A stretch of DNA of 9,320 bases from the NCBI GenBank assembly GCA_000004985.1, contig GG739041.1; one strand, written 5' to 3'. Position numbers and translations under genes: made by a program. Positions 1-8,663 of this stretch are shown in pieces (position 1 is the stretch's first letter; the number at the start of each line of letters is the position of its first letter). The stretch comes from Naegleria gruberi. Taxonomy: Eukaryota. A model generated the notes under the pieces. That model was not told the DNA's origin. It did not search any database and saw only the letters and a program-made list of their open reading frames with translations.

Positions 1-1
1 G

Positions 2-793
2 AGAAGACGATATTTATCAATACCCAATTGGAAGAACAGATTGGAACCAATTGGATTTGTAATCTTTGCAACTTGCATGTGTACAGCAAGTTTACAAATT
101 ATCAAGGAAGGTATATCTCAAATTGTAACAGGTCTCATTACTGGTGATGTTTACAATAATAATAGCTCTGCTGATTCCAATGCTGAGGTTGAATGGATGT
201 TTGGAATTATGATTCCAAAATATCTCTCCTCAATTTTCTATTGGTATGGTATTGGTGTCTTGTTGGCAACTATTCTCATCAAATTGGCTCTCCATTTGGT
301 TTGCAGAAGAGTCAAACATTCACCATCTGTAATTGCCTACGCATTCGATCATAGAAATGATGTCTTATCGAACAGCTTGTTACTTGTTTCATTATTCTTG
401 AGTACTTACTTGTGGTGGTTAGATTCTATTGGTGCAGTTCTTTTGAGTACTTATATTATTAAGAGTTGGATTCAGGAATCTTTGGAACACATTACAAAAC
501 TGGTTGGCTTGACTGCAGACAAGGAGTATATTCAAAAATTAACATTTATGGCCTTGAATCATAGTCCTTTAATTACACAAGTTGATTCAGTAATGGCCTA
601 CTACTCTGGAGCTAATATGATTGTTGAGATTGATGTTGTCCTTCCAAAGGAAACTCCACTCTTGGACTCTCACGATGTTGGTGAATCATTGCAAAAGAAG
701 ATTGAATCATTACCAGATGTTGAAAGATGTTATGTACATTTAGATTATGAATTTGAACACACCAAAGATTATGAACATGTAATTAAGGACTAA
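2..793 (+). CDS. C-terminal part (about 263 aa; 5' end lies outside the window) of a cation diffusion facilitator transporter of the Mn-CDF subgroup (plant MTP8-11-like). Stop TAA at 791-793.
   Basis: Frame 2 is open from the first base of the window, so the CDS continues upstream. The translation carries CDF hallmarks: DHRNDVLSNS at the start of TM5, WWLDSIGAVLLS in TM6, and a cytoplasmic C-terminal domain. The motifs IVEIDVVLP and DVGESLQKKIESLPDVERCYVHLDYEFEHTKDYEH closely resemble the conserved tail of plant MTP11 ([35 protein letters not shown]). I treated 2..793 as one exon; introns that happen not to break the frame cannot be excluded. Confidence 0.8.
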   Translation, partial: RRRYLSIPNWKNRLEPIGFVIFATCMCTASLQIIKEGISQIVTGLITGDVYNNNSSADSNAEVEWMFGIMIPKYLSSIFYWYGIGVLLATILIKLALHLVCRRVKHSPSVIAYAFDHRNDVLSNSLLLVSLFLSTYLWWLDSIGAVLLSTYIIKSWIQESLEHITKLVGLTADKEYIQKLTFMALNHSPLITQVDSVMAYYSGANMIVEIDVVLPKETPLLDSHDVGESLQKKIESLPDVERCYVHLDYEFEHTKDYEHVIKD

Positions 794-843
794 TTCAAGA
801 TATTCGAAATCTTCATTATCATACTATTGAAAAATACATTGTA

Positions 844-849
844 AATAAA
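844..849 (+). promoter_or_regulatory. AATAAA polyadenylation signal for the CDF gene, 50 nt after its stop
   Basis: Exact AATAAA hexamer at 844-849, an appropriate distance downstream of the TAA at 791-793. Confidence 0.5.
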
Positions 850-855
850 ACGCTC

Positions 856-1016
856 TCAATTATTTATTATTATTTTTATTTGAATAATTCCAAGAATGAT
901 TGTACAGATTTTGACAAGATTAATGAAACATGTGAAGGTTCTGTTGGATTCTTTGGTGAAATATGTTTGATTGGAAAGATTGCCTTCTCCACCACTCTGT
1001 GGAATGCTTTCACTCT
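856..1016 (-). CDS. Possible 3'-terminal coding fragment of a convergent minus-strand gene, perhaps the same gene that enters the gap from 6703. The frame is unresolved.
   Basis: All three minus-strand frames, and one plus-strand frame, are open across 880..1016 up to the gap edge. One minus frame stops at 878..876 (TAA) and is followed 8 nt later by a minus-strand AATAAA (plus-strand TTTATT at 863-868); a second lies at 875-880. The ORF-track frame stops at 858..856. The geometry fits a gene ending here tail-to-tail with the CDF gene, but 160 nt cannot discriminate frames. Confidence 0.2.
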
Positions 1017-4000
1017 NNNNNNNNNNNNNNNNNNNNNNNNNNNNNNNNNNNNNNNNNNNNNNNNNNNNNNNNNNNNNNNNNNNNNNNNNNNNNNNNNNNN
1101 NNNNNNNNNNNNNNNNNNNNNNNNNNNNNNNNNNNNNNNNNNNNNNNNNNNNNNNNNNNNNNNNNNNNNNNNNNNNNNNNNNNNNNNNNNNNNNNNNNNN
1201 NNNNNNNNNNNNNNNNNNNNNNNNNNNNNNNNNNNNNNNNNNNNNNNNNNNNNNNNNNNNNNNNNNNNNNNNNNNNNNNNNNNNNNNNNNNNNNNNNNNN
1301 NNNNNNNNNNNNNNNNNNNNNNNNNNNNNNNNNNNNNNNNNNNNNNNNNNNNNNNNNNNNNNNNNNNNNNNNNNNNNNNNNNNNNNNNNNNNNNNNNNNN
1401 NNNNNNNNNNNNNNNNNNNNNNNNNNNNNNNNNNNNNNNNNNNNNNNNNNNNNNNNNNNNNNNNNNNNNNNNNNNNNNNNNNNNNNNNNNNNNNNNNNNN
1501 NNNNNNNNNNNNNNNNNNNNNNNNNNNNNNNNNNNNNNNNNNNNNNNNNNNNNNNNNNNNNNNNNNNNNNNNNNNNNNNNNNNNNNNNNNNNNNNNNNNN
1601 NNNNNNNNNNNNNNNNNNNNNNNNNNNNNNNNNNNNNNNNNNNNNNNNNNNNNNNNNNNNNNNNNNNNNNNNNNNNNNNNNNNNNNNNNNNNNNNNNNNN
1701 NNNNNNNNNNNNNNNNNNNNNNNNNNNNNNNNNNNNNNNNNNNNNNNNNNNNNNNNNNNNNNNNNNNNNNNNNNNNNNNNNNNNNNNNNNNNNNNNNNNN
1801 NNNNNNNNNNNNNNNNNNNNNNNNNNNNNNNNNNNNNNNNNNNNNNNNNNNNNNNNNNNNNNNNNNNNNNNNNNNNNNNNNNNNNNNNNNNNNNNNNNNN
1901 NNNNNNNNNNNNNNNNNNNNNNNNNNNNNNNNNNNNNNNNNNNNNNNNNNNNNNNNNNNNNNNNNNNNNNNNNNNNNNNNNNNNNNNNNNNNNNNNNNNN
2001 NNNNNNNNNNNNNNNNNNNNNNNNNNNNNNNNNNNNNNNNNNNNNNNNNNNNNNNNNNNNNNNNNNNNNNNNNNNNNNNNNNNNNNNNNNNNNNNNNNNN
2101 NNNNNNNNNNNNNNNNNNNNNNNNNNNNNNNNNNNNNNNNNNNNNNNNNNNNNNNNNNNNNNNNNNNNNNNNNNNNNNNNNNNNNNNNNNNNNNNNNNNN
2201 NNNNNNNNNNNNNNNNNNNNNNNNNNNNNNNNNNNNNNNNNNNNNNNNNNNNNNNNNNNNNNNNNNNNNNNNNNNNNNNNNNNNNNNNNNNNNNNNNNNN
2301 NNNNNNNNNNNNNNNNNNNNNNNNNNNNNNNNNNNNNNNNNNNNNNNNNNNNNNNNNNNNNNNNNNNNNNNNNNNNNNNNNNNNNNNNNNNNNNNNNNNN
2401 NNNNNNNNNNNNNNNNNNNNNNNNNNNNNNNNNNNNNNNNNNNNNNNNNNNNNNNNNNNNNNNNNNNNNNNNNNNNNNNNNNNNNNNNNNNNNNNNNNNN
2501 NNNNNNNNNNNNNNNNNNNNNNNNNNNNNNNNNNNNNNNNNNNNNNNNNNNNNNNNNNNNNNNNNNNNNNNNNNNNNNNNNNNNNNNNNNNNNNNNNNNN
2601 NNNNNNNNNNNNNNNNNNNNNNNNNNNNNNNNNNNNNNNNNNNNNNNNNNNNNNNNNNNNNNNNNNNNNNNNNNNNNNNNNNNNNNNNNNNNNNNNNNNN
2701 NNNNNNNNNNNNNNNNNNNNNNNNNNNNNNNNNNNNNNNNNNNNNNNNNNNNNNNNNNNNNNNNNNNNNNNNNNNNNNNNNNNNNNNNNNNNNNNNNNNN
2801 NNNNNNNNNNNNNNNNNNNNNNNNNNNNNNNNNNNNNNNNNNNNNNNNNNNNNNNNNNNNNNNNNNNNNNNNNNNNNNNNNNNNNNNNNNNNNNNNNNNN
2901 NNNNNNNNNNNNNNNNNNNNNNNNNNNNNNNNNNNNNNNNNNNNNNNNNNNNNNNNNNNNNNNNNNNNNNNNNNNNNNNNNNNNNNNNNNNNNNNNNNNN
3001 NNNNNNNNNNNNNNNNNNNNNNNNNNNNNNNNNNNNNNNNNNNNNNNNNNNNNNNNNNNNNNNNNNNNNNNNNNNNNNNNNNNNNNNNNNNNNNNNNNNN
3101 NNNNNNNNNNNNNNNNNNNNNNNNNNNNNNNNNNNNNNNNNNNNNNNNNNNNNNNNNNNNNNNNNNNNNNNNNNNNNNNNNNNNNNNNNNNNNNNNNNNN
3201 NNNNNNNNNNNNNNNNNNNNNNNNNNNNNNNNNNNNNNNNNNNNNNNNNNNNNNNNNNNNNNNNNNNNNNNNNNNNNNNNNNNNNNNNNNNNNNNNNNNN
3301 NNNNNNNNNNNNNNNNNNNNNNNNNNNNNNNNNNNNNNNNNNNNNNNNNNNNNNNNNNNNNNNNNNNNNNNNNNNNNNNNNNNNNNNNNNNNNNNNNNNN
3401 NNNNNNNNNNNNNNNNNNNNNNNNNNNNNNNNNNNNNNNNNNNNNNNNNNNNNNNNNNNNNNNNNNNNNNNNNNNNNNNNNNNNNNNNNNNNNNNNNNNN
3501 NNNNNNNNNNNNNNNNNNNNNNNNNNNNNNNNNNNNNNNNNNNNNNNNNNNNNNNNNNNNNNNNNNNNNNNNNNNNNNNNNNNNNNNNNNNNNNNNNNNN
3601 NNNNNNNNNNNNNNNNNNNNNNNNNNNNNNNNNNNNNNNNNNNNNNNNNNNNNNNNNNNNNNNNNNNNNNNNNNNNNNNNNNNNNNNNNNNNNNNNNNNN
3701 NNNNNNNNNNNNNNNNNNNNNNNNNNNNNNNNNNNNNNNNNNNNNNNNNNNNNNNNNNNNNNNNNNNNNNNNNNNNNNNNNNNNNNNNNNNNNNNNNNNN
3801 NNNNNNNNNNNNNNNNNNNNNNNNNNNNNNNNNNNNNNNNNNNNNNNNNNNNNNNNNNNNNNNNNNNNNNNNNNNNNNNNNNNNNNNNNNNNNNNNNNNN
3901 NNNNNNNNNNNNNNNNNNNNNNNNNNNNNNNNNNNNNNNNNNNNNNNNNNNNNNNNNNNNNNNNNNNNNNNNNNNNNNNNNNNNNNNNNNNNNNNNNNNN

Positions 4001-5699
4001 NNNNNNNNNNNNNNNNNNNNNNNNNNNNNNNNNNNNNNNNNNNNNNNNNNNNNNNNNNNNNNNNNNNNNNNNNNNNNNNNNNNNNNNNNNNNNNNNNNNN
4101 NNNNNNNNNNNNNNNNNNNNNNNNNNNNNNNNNNNNNNNNNNNNNNNNNNNNNNNNNNNNNNNNNNNNNNNNNNNNNNNNNNNNNNNNNNNNNNNNNNNN
4201 NNNNNNNNNNNNNNNNNNNNNNNNNNNNNNNNNNNNNNNNNNNNNNNNNNNNNNNNNNNNNNNNNNNNNNNNNNNNNNNNNNNNNNNNNNNNNNNNNNNN
4301 NNNNNNNNNNNNNNNNNNNNNNNNNNNNNNNNNNNNNNNNNNNNNNNNNNNNNNNNNNNNNNNNNNNNNNNNNNNNNNNNNNNNNNNNNNNNNNNNNNNN
4401 NNNNNNNNNNNNNNNNNNNNNNNNNNNNNNNNNNNNNNNNNNNNNNNNNNNNNNNNNNNNNNNNNNNNNNNNNNNNNNNNNNNNNNNNNNNNNNNNNNNN
4501 NNNNNNNNNNNNNNNNNNNNNNNNNNNNNNNNNNNNNNNNNNNNNNNNNNNNNNNNNNNNNNNNNNNNNNNNNNNNNNNNNNNNNNNNNNNNNNNNNNNN
4601 NNNNNNNNNNNNNNNNNNNNNNNNNNNNNNNNNNNNNNNNNNNNNNNNNNNNNNNNNNNNNNNNNNNNNNNNNNNNNNNNNNNNNNNNNNNNNNNNNNNN
4701 NNNNNNNNNNNNNNNNNNNNNNNNNNNNNNNNNNNNNNNNNNNNNNNNNNNNNNNNNNNNNNNNNNNNNNNNNNNNNNNNNNNNNNNNNNNNNNNNNNNN
4801 NNNNNNNNNNNNNNNNNNNNNNNNNNNNNNNNNNNNNNNNNNNNNNNNNNNNNNNNNNNNNNNNNNNNNNNNNNNNNNNNNNNNNNNNNNNNNNNNNNNN
4901 NNNNNNNNNNNNNNNNNNNNNNNNNNNNNNNNNNNNNNNNNNNNNNNNNNNNNNNNNNNNNNNNNNNNNNNNNNNNNNNNNNNNNNNNNNNNNNNNNNNN
5001 NNNNNNNNNNNNNNNNNNNNNNNNNNNNNNNNNNNNNNNNNNNNNNNNNNNNNNNNNNNNNNNNNNNNNNNNNNNNNNNNNNNNNNNNNNNNNNNNNNNN
5101 NNNNNNNNNNNNNNNNNNNNNNNNNNNNNNNNNNNNNNNNNNNNNNNNNNNNNNNNNNNNNNNNNNNNNNNNNNNNNNNNNNNNNNNNNNNNNNNNNNNN
5201 NNNNNNNNNNNNNNNNNNNNNNNNNNNNNNNNNNNNNNNNNNNNNNNNNNNNNNNNNNNNNNNNNNNNNNNNNNNNNNNNNNNNNNNNNNNNNNNNNNNN
5301 NNNNNNNNNNNNNNNNNNNNNNNNNNNNNNNNNNNNNNNNNNNNNNNNNNNNNNNNNNNNNNNNNNNNNNNNNNNNNNNNNNNNNNNNNNNNNNNNNNNN
5401 NNNNNNNNNNNNNNNNNNNNNNNNNNNNNNNNNNNNNNNNNNNNNNNNNNNNNNNNNNNNNNNNNNNNNNNNNNNNNNNNNNNNNNNNNNNNNNNNNNNN
5501 NNNNNNNNNNNNNNNNNNNNNNNNNNNNNNNNNNNNNNNNNNNNNNNNNNNNNNNNNNNNNNNNNNNNNNNNNNNNNNNNNNNNNNNNNNNNNNNNNNNN
5601 NNNNNNNNNNNNNNNNNNNNNNNNNNNNNNNNNNNNNNNNNNNNNNNNNNNNNNNNNNNNNNNNNNNNNNNNNNNNNNNNNNNNNNNNNNNNNNNNNNN
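1017..5699. other. Assembly gap or masked interval: 4683 consecutive N
   Basis: Uninterrupted n run from 1017 to 5699. Every ORF in the supplied track that overlaps it (856..5778-, 880..5892+, 963..5720+, 971..5770+, and the X portion of 1010..6721-) is an artefact of translating N. Confidence 0.99.
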
Positions 5700-6703
5700 C
5701 TGGCAGAAAATTCATTGTAATATCTGTAAATATTCTGCCACATGTCAATTTGTTCCTTATCATCATGTGATTGATCAACTTTTTGACAGAAAGAATCCCA
5801 ACTTCTCAAGTCAATCCTGTTACAAACCTCACATAAACTTTGCCAGAATGAAACCCTTTCGAATAACTCTTCATAGAAATATCGTTTCGTAAAACAAAGT
5901 GAAAATACACCAAAAGATCGAGTTGCTTCCTTTTTAGAATAGAGCAACTTTTTGAGAGCCTTCTTTTGTTTGCTATTAATCGCTTCAATCTTATTCTTTC
6001 CATTCATTGAAAGTTTAGCTCTCTTTCTAATTTCTAATAATTGACTATACGAATCTCTATAATATTCCTTAACAATTTCCAAGTTAGATGGCAAAAAGCT
6101 AATGATATACCCCAATACATCTGGCGACAAATCATCCAATGATTTCTCCCCTTCTCTTCTCTTATGAAAATATTGAGCATTTGGTGATGGAGACAATTCT
6201 TCTAAATTTCCCTGACTCATTGAATGACAACTACTGTCATACGATGTAATACTCAATCTATGATCATCTGGTGCTTTTAAATTGGGAAGAGTGAGGAATG
6301 AACCAGTACCATTCTTTTGTAAATTAGCTTGACTTGTTTTTGGACTAGTCACGTCATCAGTCATCTTGTTCATATTATGCAGAGAGTTGGAAAATTTGTT
6401 TGGTTTCTTCTTTTTCTGATTGTCATCCTTCTCATTCCTCAATGCTTTGAAAAAACCTCCAAAACTCTTTTCGGCTCGTTTCAAAATTCCGTCATCGAAT
6501 TGACCTTGAGATTTGGAAAATTGTTTACTCATGGCAGGTTCGGAACCAACAGTTAGTAATTTCGGATCATGAAGTGCACTTTCGATAGTTGCTTCCTCTA
6601 ATTCGGTTTTTGAATTTGCCATGTCTTGATTTGATTTACCAGTGCTGCCACCTGTCGTTGATTTTGATGGCAGCAAGGAATGTTTAGAGAGGAATGTTTT
6701 CAT
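5700..6703 (-). CDS. 5' part (N-terminal 334 aa) of a large minus-strand gene. It has a Ser/Lys/Asn-rich low-complexity N-terminus followed by an RGS-like (regulator of G-protein signalling) domain, and continues into the gap.
   Basis: ATG at 6703..6701 (minus) is preceded by AAAAAA; the TTG at 6721 used by the ORF track is not a credible eukaryotic start. The frame is open for 1004 nt to the gap edge at 5700. The later part (..LLYSKKEATRSFGVFSLCFTKRYFYEELFERVSFWQSLCEVCN..NIYRYYNEF..) matches the RGS-domain signature pattern LLxSK..AF..FL..EFSEENLxFW..CEEF....IYxEF, as in RGS4/RGS2, with an insertion. Just upstream, LSPDVLGYIISFLPSNLEIVKEYY is weakly F-box-like. Product assignment is from memory of motifs only (confidence about 0.3); coding status is about 0.65. 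Confidence 0.6.
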
Positions 6704-6979
6704 TTTTTTTAATCTATTCAAATTGAATTAACCCTCTCTTTGTTGAGGGAAACTTGCTGAGAGAGATTTTTGACATGTGCTGAAGGTTTTTCACCATCTC
6801 TGGTAACAAATAAGAGAGGCCGTTATTCACCCTAACGTGAGATTGTAATTCACACACTGCGTTAGAATTATTTACAATTTATTAACAATTTTATTTTACC
6901 TGATTCATTTTCCTTTTTGTTCCTCCAATGTGCTGTATATCGTTGTCACTTTTGAGAGGTAAATTGTTAATGACCTCCA

Positions 6980-6987
6980 TATATAAA
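6980..6987 (+). promoter_or_regulatory. TATA-like element (TATATAAA) in the divergent intergenic region; its reverse complement is also TATA-like
   Basis: CATATATAAAGGA at 6977-6989. It lies about 275 nt upstream of the minus-gene ATG at 6703 and about 1.3 kb upstream of the plus-strand ATG at 8304, so assigning it to either gene is uncertain. Confidence 0.25.
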
Positions 6988-7295
6988 GGAGTCTAAATGG
7001 TTGTGTGAAAATTAAGGTTTTACATTCTCAAACACAGAAAATGATTTAAAAAAAAATGCGAGGAATATTCACTTGGAATCATTGCAGATTCAAAAGCAAA
7101 GATTATTCCACAACGCTTTAAATGTGGTCATCCTAAATCCATATTTGAACTCAAAGTACACAAATAAAAACATATTAAGGTGAGACGCACAACCCAAAAT
7201 CATAATTTACGTTAAGAAAGAGCAACTCTGCATACTTAAATAGAAAAATTGTGCATGTGTCTCCACCCACACCATATTTCTAGATCATCATGATG

Positions 7296-7324
7296 ATGAA
7301 TATTCTGTAGAATGAATATTCTGT
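7296..7324. promoter_or_regulatory. Tandem duplicated 13-mer ATGAATATTCTGT (two copies, 16-bp offset), each containing the palindrome GAATATTC. Candidate paired transcription-factor site, loosely heat-shock-element-like (nGAAnnTTCn).
   Basis: ATGAATATTCTGT occurs at 7296-7308 and again at 7312-7324. GAATATTC (7298-7305 and 7314-7321) is its own reverse complement and fits two inverted nGAAn units. Confidence 0.3.
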
Positions 7325-7477
7325 CGTCCTAGTGGGTGAGAATAAAGGCAAAAAAAAATGTTTAAAGATACCTCCTCATCATTATATCTCTAAACAACAG
7401 CAGCGATGTACCTAGCATTGATGCTTTTCAATTGTTGATATATTGTATCAAAATGAAATCAAACTGAACAACTCCAT

Positions 7478-7495
7478 TTGTTGTTGTTGTTGTTG
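7478..7495. repeat. (TTG)6 microsatellite
   Basis: ttgttgttgttgttgttg at 7478-7495, read directly from the sequence. Confidence 0.9.
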
Positions 7496-7979
7496 GAAGA
7501 AATTACGATTTACCTTTGGCCTTAATTGATTTTCATTAATATGGGGACATGAGGTTGGCTGTTGGTGTACGCATTTCTAAAACACTATTGGTTTGGGTTG
7601 TTCTCCTTCAGATAGTCTTCCATTATCACTACAACAGCATTTGTCCTAGCAAATGACTCGCTATTAGTGACACACAACAAAGGCAAGAATTTAGCCTTCC
7701 CTGAATAAGATTCAAAGAGTCGAAATACGTTATTATGAATAAGTCTTCGGAGAATTTTTGAATTCTACCCCTCGCCTAATTATACATTCAGAACAAAGTC
7801 GCAAAAAACAATGAGGTTGATAATTTTTGTGATTTATAATTATACTCAACAATTACGAGCCCGGAAACCTTTGCCTAAGTGGTGTGCTTGTCCTTCTTCT
7901 TCAGAAAGTCATCCACCTCGCTTTAAAACTGAACAATCGACACACTGCTTGTATTTGTACAATAAGAAAACAGAGAAAT

Positions 7980-8110
7980 TTGTTTCTTTGTTGATCTATT
8001 AAGGTTAGATGCGATGAACAACTCTAGATTGAATTAAAGCGCATTTGGATAGCCTTATTAGCAAGTTTGCTTACAAGACACACGACGCCCAAATCTGAAA
8101 TCGATTTCTG
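7980..8110 (+). repeat. Unit A of a diverged tandem pair. It opens with the 24-mer TTGTTTCTTTGTTGATCTATTAAG (7980-8003), followed immediately by GT (8004-8005).
   Basis: The 24-mer is 23/24 identical to the head of unit B. The downstream ~105 nt align with unit B at roughly 70% identity. The segment CCTTATTAG (8053-8061) is complementary to the 24-mer's 3' end plus donor, CTATTAAGG (7996-8004), with 8 of 9 pairs. Confidence 0.6.
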
Positions 8111-8147
8111 CGATGTACGTTAGAGGTGGTACATTTTACGTTTAACG

Positions 8148-8270
8148 TTGTTTCTTTGTTGTTCTATTAAGGTGAAATGCAATACCCATAACGAATTTAA
8201 GCAAAATTCGATATCCTTAATTAGAAATTTTGTGTGGACAAGGAACGACTCTACCATTTCTGTAATCCTG
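8148..8270 (+). repeat. Unit B of the tandem pair, 168 bp downstream of unit A. It opens with the 24-mer TTGTTTCTTTGTTGTTCTATTAAG (8148-8171), followed by GT (8172-8173).
   Basis: Same head-to-tail organisation as unit A. CCTTAATTAG (8215-8224) is complementary to CTATTAAGG (8164-8172) with a one-nucleotide bulge. A U-rich Sm-site-like AAATTTTGTG lies at 8225-8234, about 53 nt after the GT. The unit ends about 35 nt before the ATG at 8304. Confidence 0.6.
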
Positions 8271-8303
8271 GAGAAGCTTTCAATTGAGAAAAAACCTTAA
8301 AAA

Positions 8304-8663
8304 ATGTTTAACAACACCCCATCATCACTATCTCTTGATGAACCAAGTGAAAATAACATGAAAGTGTTGCTTCACTTGTATGCTTTACAGCAACAACAGG
8401 AACAAATGTTGGCACATCGACAATATCAACAAGAACAGCAGGAACAACAAGGGATGCTGATGCAGAATACCACAAACGAACATGTAGAAGGCCTTATTTG
8501 TGTTGAAAATACCAAAGCGTCAGTTCAGCAACAACACGCTGTTGCTGAACCTTCTACATCCAAGACAAAACCCATGATGAGAATAGTTCTTTCAGAAAAG
8601 AATGGAATTTCGAAATGTGAAATTATTGAAACATCCCAAGAAAGCATGCATCATGATGTACAT
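8304..8663 (+). CDS. Exon 1 (120 codons) of a small Q-rich nuclear-type protein with a C-terminal AT-hook
   Basis: ATG at 8304 in AAAAATG context, with an in-frame TAA 6 nt upstream. It encodes MFNNTPSSLSLDEPSENNMKVLLHLYALQQQQEQMLAHRQYQQEQQEQQ... and ends ...HHDVH on a complete codon, immediately before GTAAGT. Confidence 0.7.

Noticed and set aside
856-5892. Very long ORFs (1585-1903 aa) on both strands in the ORF track, consisting mostly of X
   Set aside because: They are produced by translating the 4683-nt N run, where no stop codon can be called. Only their short real ends (880..1016 and 5700..6721) contain sequence.
5806-6003. 65-aa minus-strand ORF in an alternative frame
   Set aside because: It overlaps the continuous main minus-strand frame, which shows the RGS-like motifs. 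Its Arg/Lys-rich sequence is typical of an off-frame read through AT-rich coding DNA.
6329-6556. 75-aa plus-strand ORF
   Set aside because: It is antisense to, and entirely inside, the well-supported minus-strand coding region. Its hydrophobic low-complexity translation is typical of antisense frames.
41-6721. TTG start codons at 41, 880 and 6721 in the ORF track, which could suggest bacterial-style gene calling or a prokaryotic locus
   Set aside because: The window has AATAAA signals after stops, a GTAAGT...YAG intron, A-rich ATG contexts and a non-operonic gene layout, so it is eukaryotic. The CDF frame is open to base 2, so position 41 is simply internal. The credible start of the minus gene is the ATG at 6703.
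6732-6749. Short hairpin CCCTC-tctttgtt-GAGGG just upstream of the minus-gene start
   Set aside because: A 5-bp stem is expected by chance at this sequence length. It may sit in the 5' UTR, but nothing else supports a function.
7288-7467. A C-box-like TGATGATGA at 7291-7299 might mark a C/D snoRNA
   Set aside because: The nearest downstream CTGA (7464-7467) is about 170 nt away. There is no terminal stem pairing the ends and no D'/C' boxes, so this does not make a convincing snoRNA.
7811-8002. 63-aa plus-strand ORF in the intergenic region
   Set aside because: It has no good start context and a low-complexity translation. It runs into the conserved 24-mer of repeat unit A, which is better explained as an RNA or regulatory element.
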